This document shows positions 6,698-14,917 of a stretch of DNA of 16,053 bases, piece by piece; within the stretch, counting starts at the first letter, position 1, and each line of letters starts with the position of its first letter. This DNA comes from a bacterium. GTDB lineage: Bacteria > Electryoneota > Electryoneia > Electryoneales > Electryoneaceae. The notes beneath the pieces were generated by a model, which saw only the letters and a list, made by a program, of their open reading frames with translations, made no database searches and was not told the DNA's origin. The DNA lies in assembly GCA_043801585.1 (NCBI GenBank), contig JAZDLX010000153.1, positions 1 through 16,053 of the forward strand, in the 5' to 3' direction. The position numbers were made by a program, and so were the translations under genes.

Positions 6698-8713
6698 ATG
6701 AAAAGTCGCAAGATCCGCAGACATCCGGCTTTTCGGGTATTCATCCTCATCGCCCTGACCATTCCCGTCCCTTCGATCATCGCCAGACCGGAACAACCGG
6801 ACAGTTCATTGCGTCCGGCTGCCGAACGGTTGGCGAAATCGGCTCAACTCGCCATGCTTCCGGAAATTTCGCAGCAGGACAGTCTTCATCCGTGGGACGA
6901 GCTCCATCTTGATATCCACCTCTCAGTTTCCATCCTTCCTGCCGACAGCGCTGAGATGGAAGTCGTGCAGGTCGCCACGCCGTTGAGCCCCGGGCAACAG
7001 GAGTATTTATTCAATCTCGGGCCGTCATCGGTGCGTTCGCTGGAAGTCAATGGCGCCGGCGCTTCCTGGGTGGCGAACGGTGATGAAATCACGGTTCAGC
7101 TGCCGACACCGGCGGAAGCAGGGGATACGGTCAGGATTCGCACTGCCTATCGCGTGCCGATTCATTCCAACAACTACGCCGGCGGCCTGGTGTACGATTT
7201 CTCTTCGGATGTGCTTTACACCCACGGCGAGCCGTATACGACGAGATGGTGGGTCTCATGCCATGATTTTCCCGGCGACAAGGTGACGAGTACGGTTACG
7301 ACAGTGCTGCCGCCTGCCTACCGGGTCCTTTCAAATGGAGCCCTTGAACTCGACTCGCTGGGGTCGGACGGACTCAGGATCACCACCTGGAACAACGACG
7401 ATCCGATTTCGACCTACCTGATCAGCATCGCCGCTCATCCCTACGCGGTGATCGACGCGGGAGTTGCGGGAATCGACGATGTGGAGGTCCACTACTGGGT
7501 CTATCCGAACAAAGAAGCCGCACAAACGTTCGATTTTGGCCGCACTCCGGAGATGATCGATTTCTTCGAATCCCGTTTCGGCCCGTATCCATTCAACAAG
7601 TACGACCAGGCTGTTGCTCCGATTTTCAACGGGAACGGTGCAATGGAAAACCAAACCGCTACGACGTTTGGTCAAAACATTGTTGGCAATGGAACCCGCC
7701 GTTTCGAAGGGGTCGTCGCCCATGAGCTGGCTCACCAGTGGTGGGGCGATCACGTCAGTCCGAAAACGTTCAGCAGCATCTGGCTCAACGAAGGCTTTGC
7801 GTCCTATGGGGAAGTTCTGTGGGCTGAACACCTCGGCGCAGACACCATGGTGTCCGTTCTCGCCTCACAGCAAACGAGTTATTTTCATGAAGTGGGGGAG
7901 GGGGTGCGGATCGCGTTGGACGATCCTCCGGAAAAGTATCTCTTCAGCTCCACCGTGTACGACAAGGGATCACGCGTATTGCACATGCTGCGCTATCTGA
8001 TCGGTGATTCCCTTTTCTTCGAGGGGTTGCAGCAGTACGGGCAGGCGTTTGCTTACGGCAACGCGGAGACGGCGGATTTTCAGAACGCAATGGAAATCGC
8101 TTCCGGCAAGGACCTTTCGGACTTTTTCGACGAGTGGGTCCGTCAAGCAGGATATCCGGTTTATGCATTCAGCAGGTTTGATGTGGAAGAAAGCGCCTCA
8201 GGGTGGACCGCGAGTGTGCAACTCAACCAGACTCAGACCAAAACTCCGTTTTACACACTGCCCCTGCCGTTGCAATTTACCGATGCCGATGAAGACACTC
8301 TTGTCCGCGTGCCGGTACAGGCGCTCGCCGAACAGGTACTGAGTGTTTCCGGTTTGCCCTTTCGTCCGCTCCGCCTGGAGTTCGATCCGGAGGGGTGGGT
8401 GCTGGCAAGGTACAATCTCTCCTCCATCGGTGGTCCTTCGACGGTTGCGACGTTCGATCTTAGTCCGGCGTGGCCGAATCCGTTCAATCGGGAGACCCAT
8501 GTCGATCTGGTTTTGTACCGTCCATCACACCTGACCGTCGAGGTCTTCAACATTCTGGGGCAGAGCGTTGACGTTCTGGCGAATGGTGGATACCAGCCGG
8601 GATTGCACAGATTCGTCTGGAGGGCTGCCGATGGCCGGTCTTCGGGAGTCTATCTTCTCCGGGTTGAGTCCGTGGACCAGCAGACCTCCCGCCGTGTGGT
8701 CCTTCTCAGATAG
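6698..8713 (+). CDS. Secreted M1-family zinc aminopeptidase with C-terminal secretion-sorting (T9SS type A / FlgD-Ig-like) domain
   Basis: Basic-hydrophobic N-terminus. Motifs: GAMEN, HELAHQWWG..WLNEGFA (HEXXH-X18-E) and catalytic VYDKG. The C-terminus reads WPNPFN...VFNILGQ...SSGVYLLR...RRVVLLR. Confidence 0.93.
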   Translation: MKSRKIRRHPAFRVFILIALTIPVPSIIARPEQPDSSLRPAAERLAKSAQLAMLPEISQQDSLHPWDELHLDIHLSVSILPADSAEMEVVQVATPLSPGQQEYLFNLGPSSVRSLEVNGAGASWVANGDEITVQLPTPAEAGDTVRIRTAYRVPIHSNNYAGGLVYDFSSDVLYTHGEPYTTRWWVSCHDFPGDKVTSTVTTVLPPAYRVLSNGALELDSLGSDGLRITTWNNDDPISTYLISIAAHPYAVIDAGVAGIDDVEVHYWVYPNKEAAQTFDFGRTPEMIDFFESRFGPYPFNKYDQAVAPIFNGNGAMENQTATTFGQNIVGNGTRRFEGVVAHELAHQWWGDHVSPKTFSSIWLNEGFASYGEVLWAEHLGADTMVSVLASQQTSYFHEVGEGVRIALDDPPEKYLFSSTVYDKGSRVLHMLRYLIGDSLFFEGLQQYGQAFAYGNAETADFQNAMEIASGKDLSDFFDEWVRQAGYPVYAFSRFDVEESASGWTASVQLNQTQTKTPFYTLPLPLQFTDADEDTLVRVPVQALAEQVLSVSGLPFRPLRLEFDPEGWVLARYNLSSIGGPSTVATFDLSPAWPNPFNRETHVDLVLYRPSHLTVEVFNILGQSVDVLANGGYQPGLHRFVWRAADGRSSGVYLLRVESVDQQTSRRVVLLR

Positions 8714-8789
8714 CTTCGAAAACGGATTATTAGTAAAATCTCATTCGCTTATATTGTTGAATTGTCGAGTTAAAAATTACGGAGGCGCA

Positions 8790-10907
8790 ATGCACAGGCG
8801 GTTGCTTGTTGTTTTGGCGGGGCTTTGGATAGCCGGTGGAGTGCAGGCCGCTCCCAGAAGCACGATTTCTACGGAGGAACCGTATCCGCATCTAGCGCGT
8901 CAGTTGGAAGCGTCGAAAGGCGAACAGGTGAGATTGTCTAGTAACCGCTATCGTTCGCTGGATGCTGTGTTCGAACACAGTTGGGATCAGGAATACCTCG
9001 AAGTGGAACTCCGGCCGAACCTGACGGCAGAAAACTTTGCTGCCTTAGTCATGATCAAAGGCGTTTCTCGGCAAAACGGATTGGCCGTTCTCGACTTCAA
9101 TCTGTATCCTGGAGCTACGATCCATTCCGTGACTGTCAATGGAGAGGAGAAAACCTGGACCAGGGCTACCGATCCGGTTACCGGAGATGCAAGCCTTATC
9201 AATGTCAATGTCGCAGGCATGAATCTCGATTCCTGTGTTTCGTTGCTGTTGTTCGTTGATTATTCAGGTGAAATGAATATTGGTGGAGGTGGACTGCTTT
9301 TTGATCATTCGACCAGTCTTTTACACATTCAATCCGAAGTCTTGTACACCATGGCTGAACCCTACGATGCGCGTTACTGGCTGGCCTGCTATGACCTTCC
9401 CGGCGACAAGTTTGACAGCACCAGGGTCACCGTCATTCTGCCTCTGGAGCGTAAAGTACTTTCAAATGGCTATCTCATCGCGGACTCGGTCTGGTTTGAC
9501 GGACAGGATTCTCTTCGCACAACAACCTGGTTCAATCCGGATCCCATTGCCCCCTATTTGATCAACATCGCAACGTCGAACTACCTCGTCCACGATGCGG
9601 GAACAGCGGGAGTGAACAACACTCCCATCGCCTTCTGGGTGTACCCGGAGTGGTACTATCATGATCCGCTGGATCCATACACCTACACCGCGGAAAAGGC
9701 GATTTATGATTTTGGCCGGACGGGAATGATGATCGAGATGTTGGAACACTTTTTTATTCCCTATCCATTCAACAAGTATGACCAGGTGATGGTGCCGATG
9801 TCGGGCGCGATGGAGCATCAGACGTCCACCTCCATGAGTGATGGATGGGTTGGTGATGGCCATCGTGAAGCGGAATCCGTCGTTGTCCATGAACTCGGGC
9901 ACCAGTGGTGGGGAGATTTTGTCGGGCCGCAAACATTCGCTGACATCTGGCTCAACGAAGGATTTGCCTCTTATGTGGAAGCCCTCTGGGTTGAATACCA
10001 GAACCCTCCCTCGTTGGGTTACGCCATGATTCCCTTTCAGACCAATGCGAAGTATCAGGACAATGGATGGGCTTACCCGATCCATAATCCTCCAGAAGGG
10101 CAAATGTTCAGCACGACGGTTTATGATAAGGGTGCCAGCATTCTGCACATGCTCCGTTGGACTGTGGGAGACAGCGCATTCTTTGCTGGTATGCGTTACT
10201 ACGCGCAGAACCATGCATATGGACTCGCGACGACGGCGGAATTTCAGTCGGATATGGAGACGATTAGCGGACAAGACCTGAGTCCCTTCTTCAACGAATG
10301 GGTGTATGGAAGGGGTTACCCCAGGTACCGTCTCAACAACTGGTGGACACAGCAGGAAGAGGATGAGACCTGGACTGTTTTTGTTGATGTCAGCCAGGAA
10401 CAGAGTTCGCCATGGAGCCTGTTCAGCACGCCGTTGCCGATCACCGTGAAACATCTCTATTCCATCACTCTTGACACAACCCTGGCAGCGCAGATCGATG
10501 CGGTTCGTCGTGATACGGTGTCTGTCGCCGGGGTCACATTCGAACCGACCCGGCTTCTGTTCAATCGTAACCATTGGTTGATGTGCAGCTTCACCAACGA
10601 GCTGCTCAGTGTGGAGCCCAATGATGATGCCGGCCTTCCCAATCAGTTCCAGGTGTCTTCAAACTGGCCGAATCCTTTCAATGCTTCAACGGAATTCAAG
10701 GTCAGCCTGGTTCGGCCGGGAGAGCTGCGGGTGCGTGTCGTGAACTTGCTGGGGCAGGAGGTTGCGGTACTCGCTTCAGGAACGTACGCTCCGGGTAGTT
10801 ACCGGGTCGTCTGGAATCCCCATCCTGGTTTGTCAAGCGGTGTGTATATGCTTCAGGTACAGTCTGAAGATGGTAATGCCGTGCGCCGGGTGATATTGCT
10901 ACGTTAA
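8790..10907 (+). CDS. Second secreted M1-family zinc aminopeptidase with C-terminal secretion-sorting domain
   Basis: GGAGG at 8781-8785 precedes the ATG at 8790. Signal peptide: MHRRLLVVLAGLWIAGGVQA. Motifs: GAMEH, HELGHQWWG..WLNEGFA and VYDKG. The C-terminus reads WPNPFN...NLLGQEV...SSGVY...RRVILLR. Confidence 0.93.
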   Translation: MHRRLLVVLAGLWIAGGVQAAPRSTISTEEPYPHLARQLEASKGEQVRLSSNRYRSLDAVFEHSWDQEYLEVELRPNLTAENFAALVMIKGVSRQNGLAVLDFNLYPGATIHSVTVNGEEKTWTRATDPVTGDASLINVNVAGMNLDSCVSLLLFVDYSGEMNIGGGGLLFDHSTSLLHIQSEVLYTMAEPYDARYWLACYDLPGDKFDSTRVTVILPLERKVLSNGYLIADSVWFDGQDSLRTTTWFNPDPIAPYLINIATSNYLVHDAGTAGVNNTPIAFWVYPEWYYHDPLDPYTYTAEKAIYDFGRTGMMIEMLEHFFIPYPFNKYDQVMVPMSGAMEHQTSTSMSDGWVGDGHREAESVVVHELGHQWWGDFVGPQTFADIWLNEGFASYVEALWVEYQNPPSLGYAMIPFQTNAKYQDNGWAYPIHNPPEGQMFSTTVYDKGASILHMLRWTVGDSAFFAGMRYYAQNHAYGLATTAEFQSDMETISGQDLSPFFNEWVYGRGYPRYRLNNWWTQQEEDETWTVFVDVSQEQSSPWSLFSTPLPITVKHLYSITLDTTLAAQIDAVRRDTVSVAGVTFEPTRLLFNRNHWLMCSFTNELLSVEPNDDAGLPNQFQVSSNWPNPFNASTEFKVSLVRPGELRVRVVNLLGQEVAVLASGTYAPGSYRVVWNPHPGLSSGVYMLQVQSEDGNAVRRVILLR

Positions 10908-10926
10908 CGATGACGGACAGGAGAGC

Positions 10927-10967
10927 ATGGGGGCGGTGGCGTCATGCTGCCGCCCCTGTTGTATCTT
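10927..10967 (+). terminator. GC-rich hairpin after the second peptidase; possible intrinsic terminator
   Basis: GGGGCGGTGGC (10930-10940) pairs with GCTGCCGCCCC (10946-10956), including G-U pairs, and is followed by an imperfect U-tract TGTTGTATCTT. Confidence 0.5.
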
Positions 10968-10972
10968 CCGCA

Positions 10973-11710
10973 ATGACACGGATCAGGCAAAACAGAGAAC
11001 TGCCCGCAGCGGGGAAAACCAGGCGTATCGCCGCTATGTTCGATCGTATTGCGCCGACCTACGACCTGTTGAATGCCTTCCTGAGCGCTGGACAGCACCT
11101 TCGCTGGGCGCGAAAACTGATGCACATCGCTGAACCCGGAAGCGGCGAAACGTGGCTGGACATCGCCACGGGGAGCGGGCCGCTGATGGTGGAGGGACTC
11201 CGGCGGCAACCCGGCAGCCGCTGGATCGGTCTCGATCCGTCCCGAGAGCTGTTACGCCTGGCCCGAAAACGGAAAACGTTACGTAACGAGTTGTTGATTC
11301 TCGGAGTTGGGGAGAAGTTACCCCTGCCGGATCAATCCGTTCACGGGATCACAATCGCCTATGGATTGCGTAATTTTGCCGATCCGGTTGCCGGGGTGGG
11401 TGAGATGGCCCGGGTTCTTAGACCGGGTGGAAAGGTTTTCATCCTCGAATTTCATCCTGTTCAAAATGAGGGTGGATGGGGCCTTAAGGGTTTCGTTCAA
11501 TGGTATCTCGAAAAGATCCTGCCGTGGGTTGGCCGGATCGTTTCGGGTGATAACGCGGCATACCATTACCTCGCGGAAACCGCCGGAAGTTTCTGGACTC
11601 TCGATCGGCTGAACCATGAGCTGGATTCCGCGAGGTTCGATCTCATCCGGCAGGAGAGTTGGATGGGGGCGTCGGTGACCCTGACCGTGGCGAGGAGACC
11701 TTCCCGATGA
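10973..11710 (+). CDS. menG: Demethylmenaquinone / ubiquinone biosynthesis C-methyltransferase (MenG/UbiE family)
   Basis: Motifs: MFDRIAPTYDLLNAFLSAGQHLRW, SAM motif LDIATGSG, LPLPDQS, AYGLRNF, EMARVLRPGG, LEF and AYHYL. I chose the ATG at 10973 over 10910 because the extension spans the hairpin. Confidence 0.87.
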   Translation: MTRIRQNRELPAAGKTRRIAAMFDRIAPTYDLLNAFLSAGQHLRWARKLMHIAEPGSGETWLDIATGSGPLMVEGLRRQPGSRWIGLDPSRELLRLARKRKTLRNELLILGVGEKLPLPDQSVHGITIAYGLRNFADPVAGVGEMARVLRPGGKVFILEFHPVQNEGGWGLKGFVQWYLEKILPWVGRIVSGDNAAYHYLAETAGSFWTLDRLNHELDSARFDLIRQESWMGASVTLTVARRPSR

Positions 11711-12078
11711 GTCCGTGGATCAAACCGGCCGATATCATCATCACTTCGTTTCTGCTGTTGGCGGCGGTTGCCATCACTCTTTTCACGGCGGGCAAGACTC
11801 CGGGGAGACGAGCGGTGGTGACTGTCGACGGACAAACCGTCCAGGTGCTCGATCTCGATTCGCCAGGCAGCTTTCAGGTGGAAGGACCACTCGGACCGAC
11901 GGTGATCGAAACGGGCAATGGCGGCGTGCGTATTTTATCCTCCCCCTGCCCAAACCACATCTGTATCCGCATGGGGGAGGCACGGATGCGCGGCCAGATG
12001 ATTCTCTGCGTGCCGAACCGGGTAGCGATCCGTGTCGAGGGTGGAGGTGGAGAGGGGGTGGATGGTGTCGTCGGGTAA
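11707..12078 (+). CDS. NusG domain II-containing (DUF1312-type) membrane-anchored protein, EetA-like
   Basis: ATGA overlap with the menG stop. An N-terminal anchor (IKPADIIITSFLLLAAVAITLF) is followed by VEGPLGPTVIE, SPCPNHICIRMG and ILCVPNRVAIRV, ending in VDGVVG. Confidence 0.85.
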   Translation: MSPWIKPADIIITSFLLLAAVAITLFTAGKTPGRRAVVTVDGQTVQVLDLDSPGSFQVEGPLGPTVIETGNGGVRILSSPCPNHICIRMGEARMRGQMILCVPNRVAIRVEGGGGEGVDGVVG

Positions 12079-12637
12079 CCTTTCGAAAACTCCCGCTCAA
12101 TCCGTCAACATGATGAAACGGATCAGTCGGATCGCACTCTACACTGCGCTGGGGGCAACGGTCGCAGGGGTTGAACGTTTCATCCCGACGCCGCTTCCCT
12201 GGGTTCGACTTGGTTTGGCGAATGGCGTGGCATTGATTGTCCTTTACAGCATCGGCTGGCGCGAGGCGATGCTTGTCAACGTCCTTCGCTCTCTCGTTGT
12301 CGGATTCCTCTTTGGCACGTGGGCGAGTCCCGCGCTGGCGCTCTCGATGGGAGGGGCGGTGATTGCCGTCATCGTGATGGCGGCGGTGAAATTCATTGGA
12401 AATTCCGTGATAACTCCCATTGGCGTTTCGGTCGTCGGCGCATTTGCACACATGCTGACCCAGTTCACCCTCGCTGCACTCCTGATTGTCCACCATTGGG
12501 GGATCTTTGTTCTCACGGGACCGAGCCTGATCGCCGCATTAACCAGCGGTGTTCTTGTCGGAATTCTTGCGGAAGTGGCCATTCGCCGGTTGCCTTCCTC
12601 GCTACGTAGTGGAATTGTTACCGCGAGGATTCAATGA
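12062..12637 (+). CDS. Gx transporter family membrane protein (annotated historically as heptaprenyl diphosphate synthase component I), EetB-like
   Basis: Signature ERFIPTPLPWVRLGLAN, plus IGVSVVGAFAH and SGVLVG, with about 5-6 hydrophobic segments. The ATG at 12062 has a purine-rich RBS; alternative ATGs lie at 12110 and 12113. Confidence 0.87.
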   Translation: MVSSGNLSKTPAQSVNMMKRISRIALYTALGATVAGVERFIPTPLPWVRLGLANGVALIVLYSIGWREAMLVNVLRSLVVGFLFGTWASPALALSMGGAVIAVIVMAAVKFIGNSVITPIGVSVVGAFAHMLTQFTLAALLIVHHWGIFVLTGPSLIAALTSGVLVGILAEVAIRRLPSSLRSGIVTARIQ

Positions 12638-13413
12638 TGCGCTTGCCTCTGCGCTCAAAGGTGCTGTTCATCTCCGCAATGCTGATCGTCTCCTGCGCAC
12701 ATGTGCCCGTGAATTTTCGGGATCTGCAGACTGGGAAGGAAGATGAAGGCATCCTTCGCGAGGGCATCATCTGGCTTGATCAGCATCCGGAAGACGTCGA
12801 TGCCCGCATCTTCGTGGGAAACGCCGCATGGCGGTTGGGGTTGCATGATCAGGCGCTGGAGATCTGGGGAGTGGATGAGGAAAGGATTCTGGCGAGGGAT
12901 GTCTATCTGGGGGAATTGCTGATTCAGTCATCGATCGACCGCGGAAATCTGCGCAAAGCGGAGCGTCTGCTAAGTGTTGAACCACCGGAAACCATTCCGC
13001 CGGATCTGCTGCTCGCGCGGCGGCAACGTCTCGCAAAAATCCGCAGCGACAGGATTCAGGCAGCGAACGCCGCACAGCGTGGGGATGAGGCCCTGCTCAG
13101 GGGAGAATTCCAACGTGTTCTCGATTTTTACAAGCGTGCCATGGAGCTGGATCCGATCTCCGGTTGGGAGGCTCGCCTGATCGCGATCCGCGCCTGGTCG
13201 TTATTTCAGGCGAATGGCGAATCCGCTGCAGGTGAGATTACCCAAATGCTCACCAGAGCCTTACATTTGGATTCATCGCCGCCGGTTCTGTTCCTGGACG
13301 CTATGATCCAGCGTGAGCTCGGAAACTTGAACGGGTATGCTTCCGATCTCGAGATAATGAATCGTTCATTCCCCGATTCACCCTTCACTGCGAAAGCGAA
13401 TGGATTGGAATAG
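12634..13413 (+). CDS. Putative lipoprotein with TPR-like helical repeats, function unknown
   Basis: ATGA overlap with the previous stop. The signal peptide ends in a lipobox-like IVSC. TPR-like segments include HPEDVDARIFVGNAAWRLGLHDQALEIW and GDEALLRGEFQRVLDFYKRAMELDP. Confidence 0.7.
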   Translation: MMRLPLRSKVLFISAMLIVSCAHVPVNFRDLQTGKEDEGILREGIIWLDQHPEDVDARIFVGNAAWRLGLHDQALEIWGVDEERILARDVYLGELLIQSSIDRGNLRKAERLLSVEPPETIPPDLLLARRQRLAKIRSDRIQAANAAQRGDEALLRGEFQRVLDFYKRAMELDPISGWEARLIAIRAWSLFQANGESAAGEITQMLTRALHLDSSPPVLFLDAMIQRELGNLNGYASDLEIMNRSFPDSPFTAKANGLE

Positions 13414-13479
13414 CGAGGTTGGATTTGATGTGAAGTATTTTTACAGACCGGTTGAACGGCATTTCGAAGGATCCGGTAA

Positions 13480-14901
13480 ATGGATTTGATTGCATCCAGC
13501 CGTGCACCCAAAAGGCAGCTGCTGATCAGGTTGGTGATTTACCTGGTTCTGGCAGCAGCGAGTGTCGTGCTGTACCATCTCCTCTTTTCCGGACTCATTG
13601 CTTTGCTCGCCCCACAGGTTTCTATTCCCGCTCTTCGAGTTCTGGCAGTCGTTTTTCTTGGATCTGTTTTTCTGGTCGCTTCGATCGTGATTCAGGATGT
13701 TGTGCAGTCGCGCCTGATTCGCCGCCACACCTCGATTCGCCGATTGATCCCGCGTTTGTCGGATGAAATCGCGCAATGCCGTGAAGTCAGCGAACTCGCC
13801 CAGCGCGTTCTGGCCATTGTACAACGTGAATTTCTCGTGGATGACGTGCAGCTCACGTTTTATTACGATCAGCCTTTTGCACTTGAGGTCACACACCTGC
13901 GCAGGACGGGAGACAGGATGCAACGAGTGATTGCGCGGGTTCGGGAGGATGAGCCTGATGCTCAGTCAGAGGAAGAAGAGGTTTTGACTCCGATGACCGC
14001 GGAGCACACTGAAGTGTTGACGCACCGTGATCGTCTCGTGGGGCTTCTCCTTCTTGGTCCCACAGGCCGACGTAAAGGGTATACAGCCGACGACCTCGAG
14101 TTGTTCGGGGAAATCGCCCCCGTGATCTCGTCCGGCGCGGATCAGGTGATGATGATCCGGCACATCAACGAAACGAATCAGCGGTTGTTCGAGAGCGACA
14201 AGCTTATCAGCATCGGCCAGCTCGCGAGCGGAATCGCTCATGAAATCCGTAATCCTCTGACAAGCATGCGAATGAACCTGCAGGGGCTGAAACGAAGGGG
14301 CAAACTTGAGGAGAAGGACAAGAAACGTGTCCAGATCTGCCTCGATGAGATCATCCGGTTGGACAACATCATCAGCGAGATCATGCAATTCGCGCGGCGG
14401 ACAAAGCTGGAAGTCGCGCCCGTCAAAGCGAAACACATCGTGACCACCGCCCTGGAGATGACTCGCCAGGAAATGGAGTCCCGGGGTATCGACGTCGTTA
14501 CCCAGATACAGCCGTCACTGCCGACGATTCGAGCGGATGAAAACCGCCTGATCCGCGCCCTGATCAACCTGCTGATCAACGCCGCCCAGGCGATGGGACA
14601 CGGCGGCACGATCACGGTTTACGCCGAAGCCTATGGAACCGGGGTCGAGATCGCGGTGACAGATCAAGGTCCGGGAATCGCGAAAGAGTTGCGTCGTGAC
14701 ATTTTCAATCCTTTCTTCACCACAAAAGCAGATGGAACAGGTCTTGGTCTGGCGAACGCACTGAAATTTGTCCAGGAACACGGCGGAGAACTCGACTTTA
14801 TCACGGAGATGGAGGTGGGAACCACGTTTTCCATTCGACTGCCCCCGCAACCGCCAGCTCATCTCGACGATCCGTCCGCGTTAAGAGTCGTACCTACCTG
14901 A
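13480..14901 (+). CDS. Membrane-bound sensor histidine kinase (2 TM, degenerate GAF-like region, HisKA, HATPase)
   Basis: H-box LASGIAHEIRNPL, N-box LINLLINAAQA, G1 DQGPGI, F-box IFNPFFTTK and G2 GTGLGL. The GAF-like segment reads LVGLLLLG...YTADDLELF. Confidence 0.95.
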   Translation: MDLIASSRAPKRQLLIRLVIYLVLAAASVVLYHLLFSGLIALLAPQVSIPALRVLAVVFLGSVFLVASIVIQDVVQSRLIRRHTSIRRLIPRLSDEIAQCREVSELAQRVLAIVQREFLVDDVQLTFYYDQPFALEVTHLRRTGDRMQRVIARVREDEPDAQSEEEEVLTPMTAEHTEVLTHRDRLVGLLLLGPTGRRKGYTADDLELFGEIAPVISSGADQVMMIRHINETNQRLFESDKLISIGQLASGIAHEIRNPLTSMRMNLQGLKRRGKLEEKDKKRVQICLDEIIRLDNIISEIMQFARRTKLEVAPVKAKHIVTTALEMTRQEMESRGIDVVTQIQPSLPTIRADENRLIRALINLLINAAQAMGHGGTITVYAEAYGTGVEIAVTDQGPGIAKELRRDIFNPFFTTKADGTGLGLANALKFVQEHGGELDFITEMEVGTTFSIRLPPQPPAHLDDPSALRVVPT

Positions 14902-14917
14902 GAGGGAGCAATCGCAA

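Noticed and set aside
6581..6796. N-terminal extension of the EnvC-like ORF in the track
   Set aside because: It overlaps the divergent peptidase gene and the promoter. The signal peptide begins at the TTG at 6580.
8568..8789. N-terminal extension of the second peptidase
   Set aside because: It overlaps the first peptidase. The GGAGG RBS and signal peptide point to the ATG at 8790.
9462..10574. 370-aa minus-strand ORF
   Set aside because: It is an in-register shadow of the second peptidase with no recognisable motifs.
10935..10950. TGGC...TGC resembling a sigma-54 -24/-12 promoter upstream of menG
   Set aside because: The GG-to-GC spacing is 9 nt, not the required 10.
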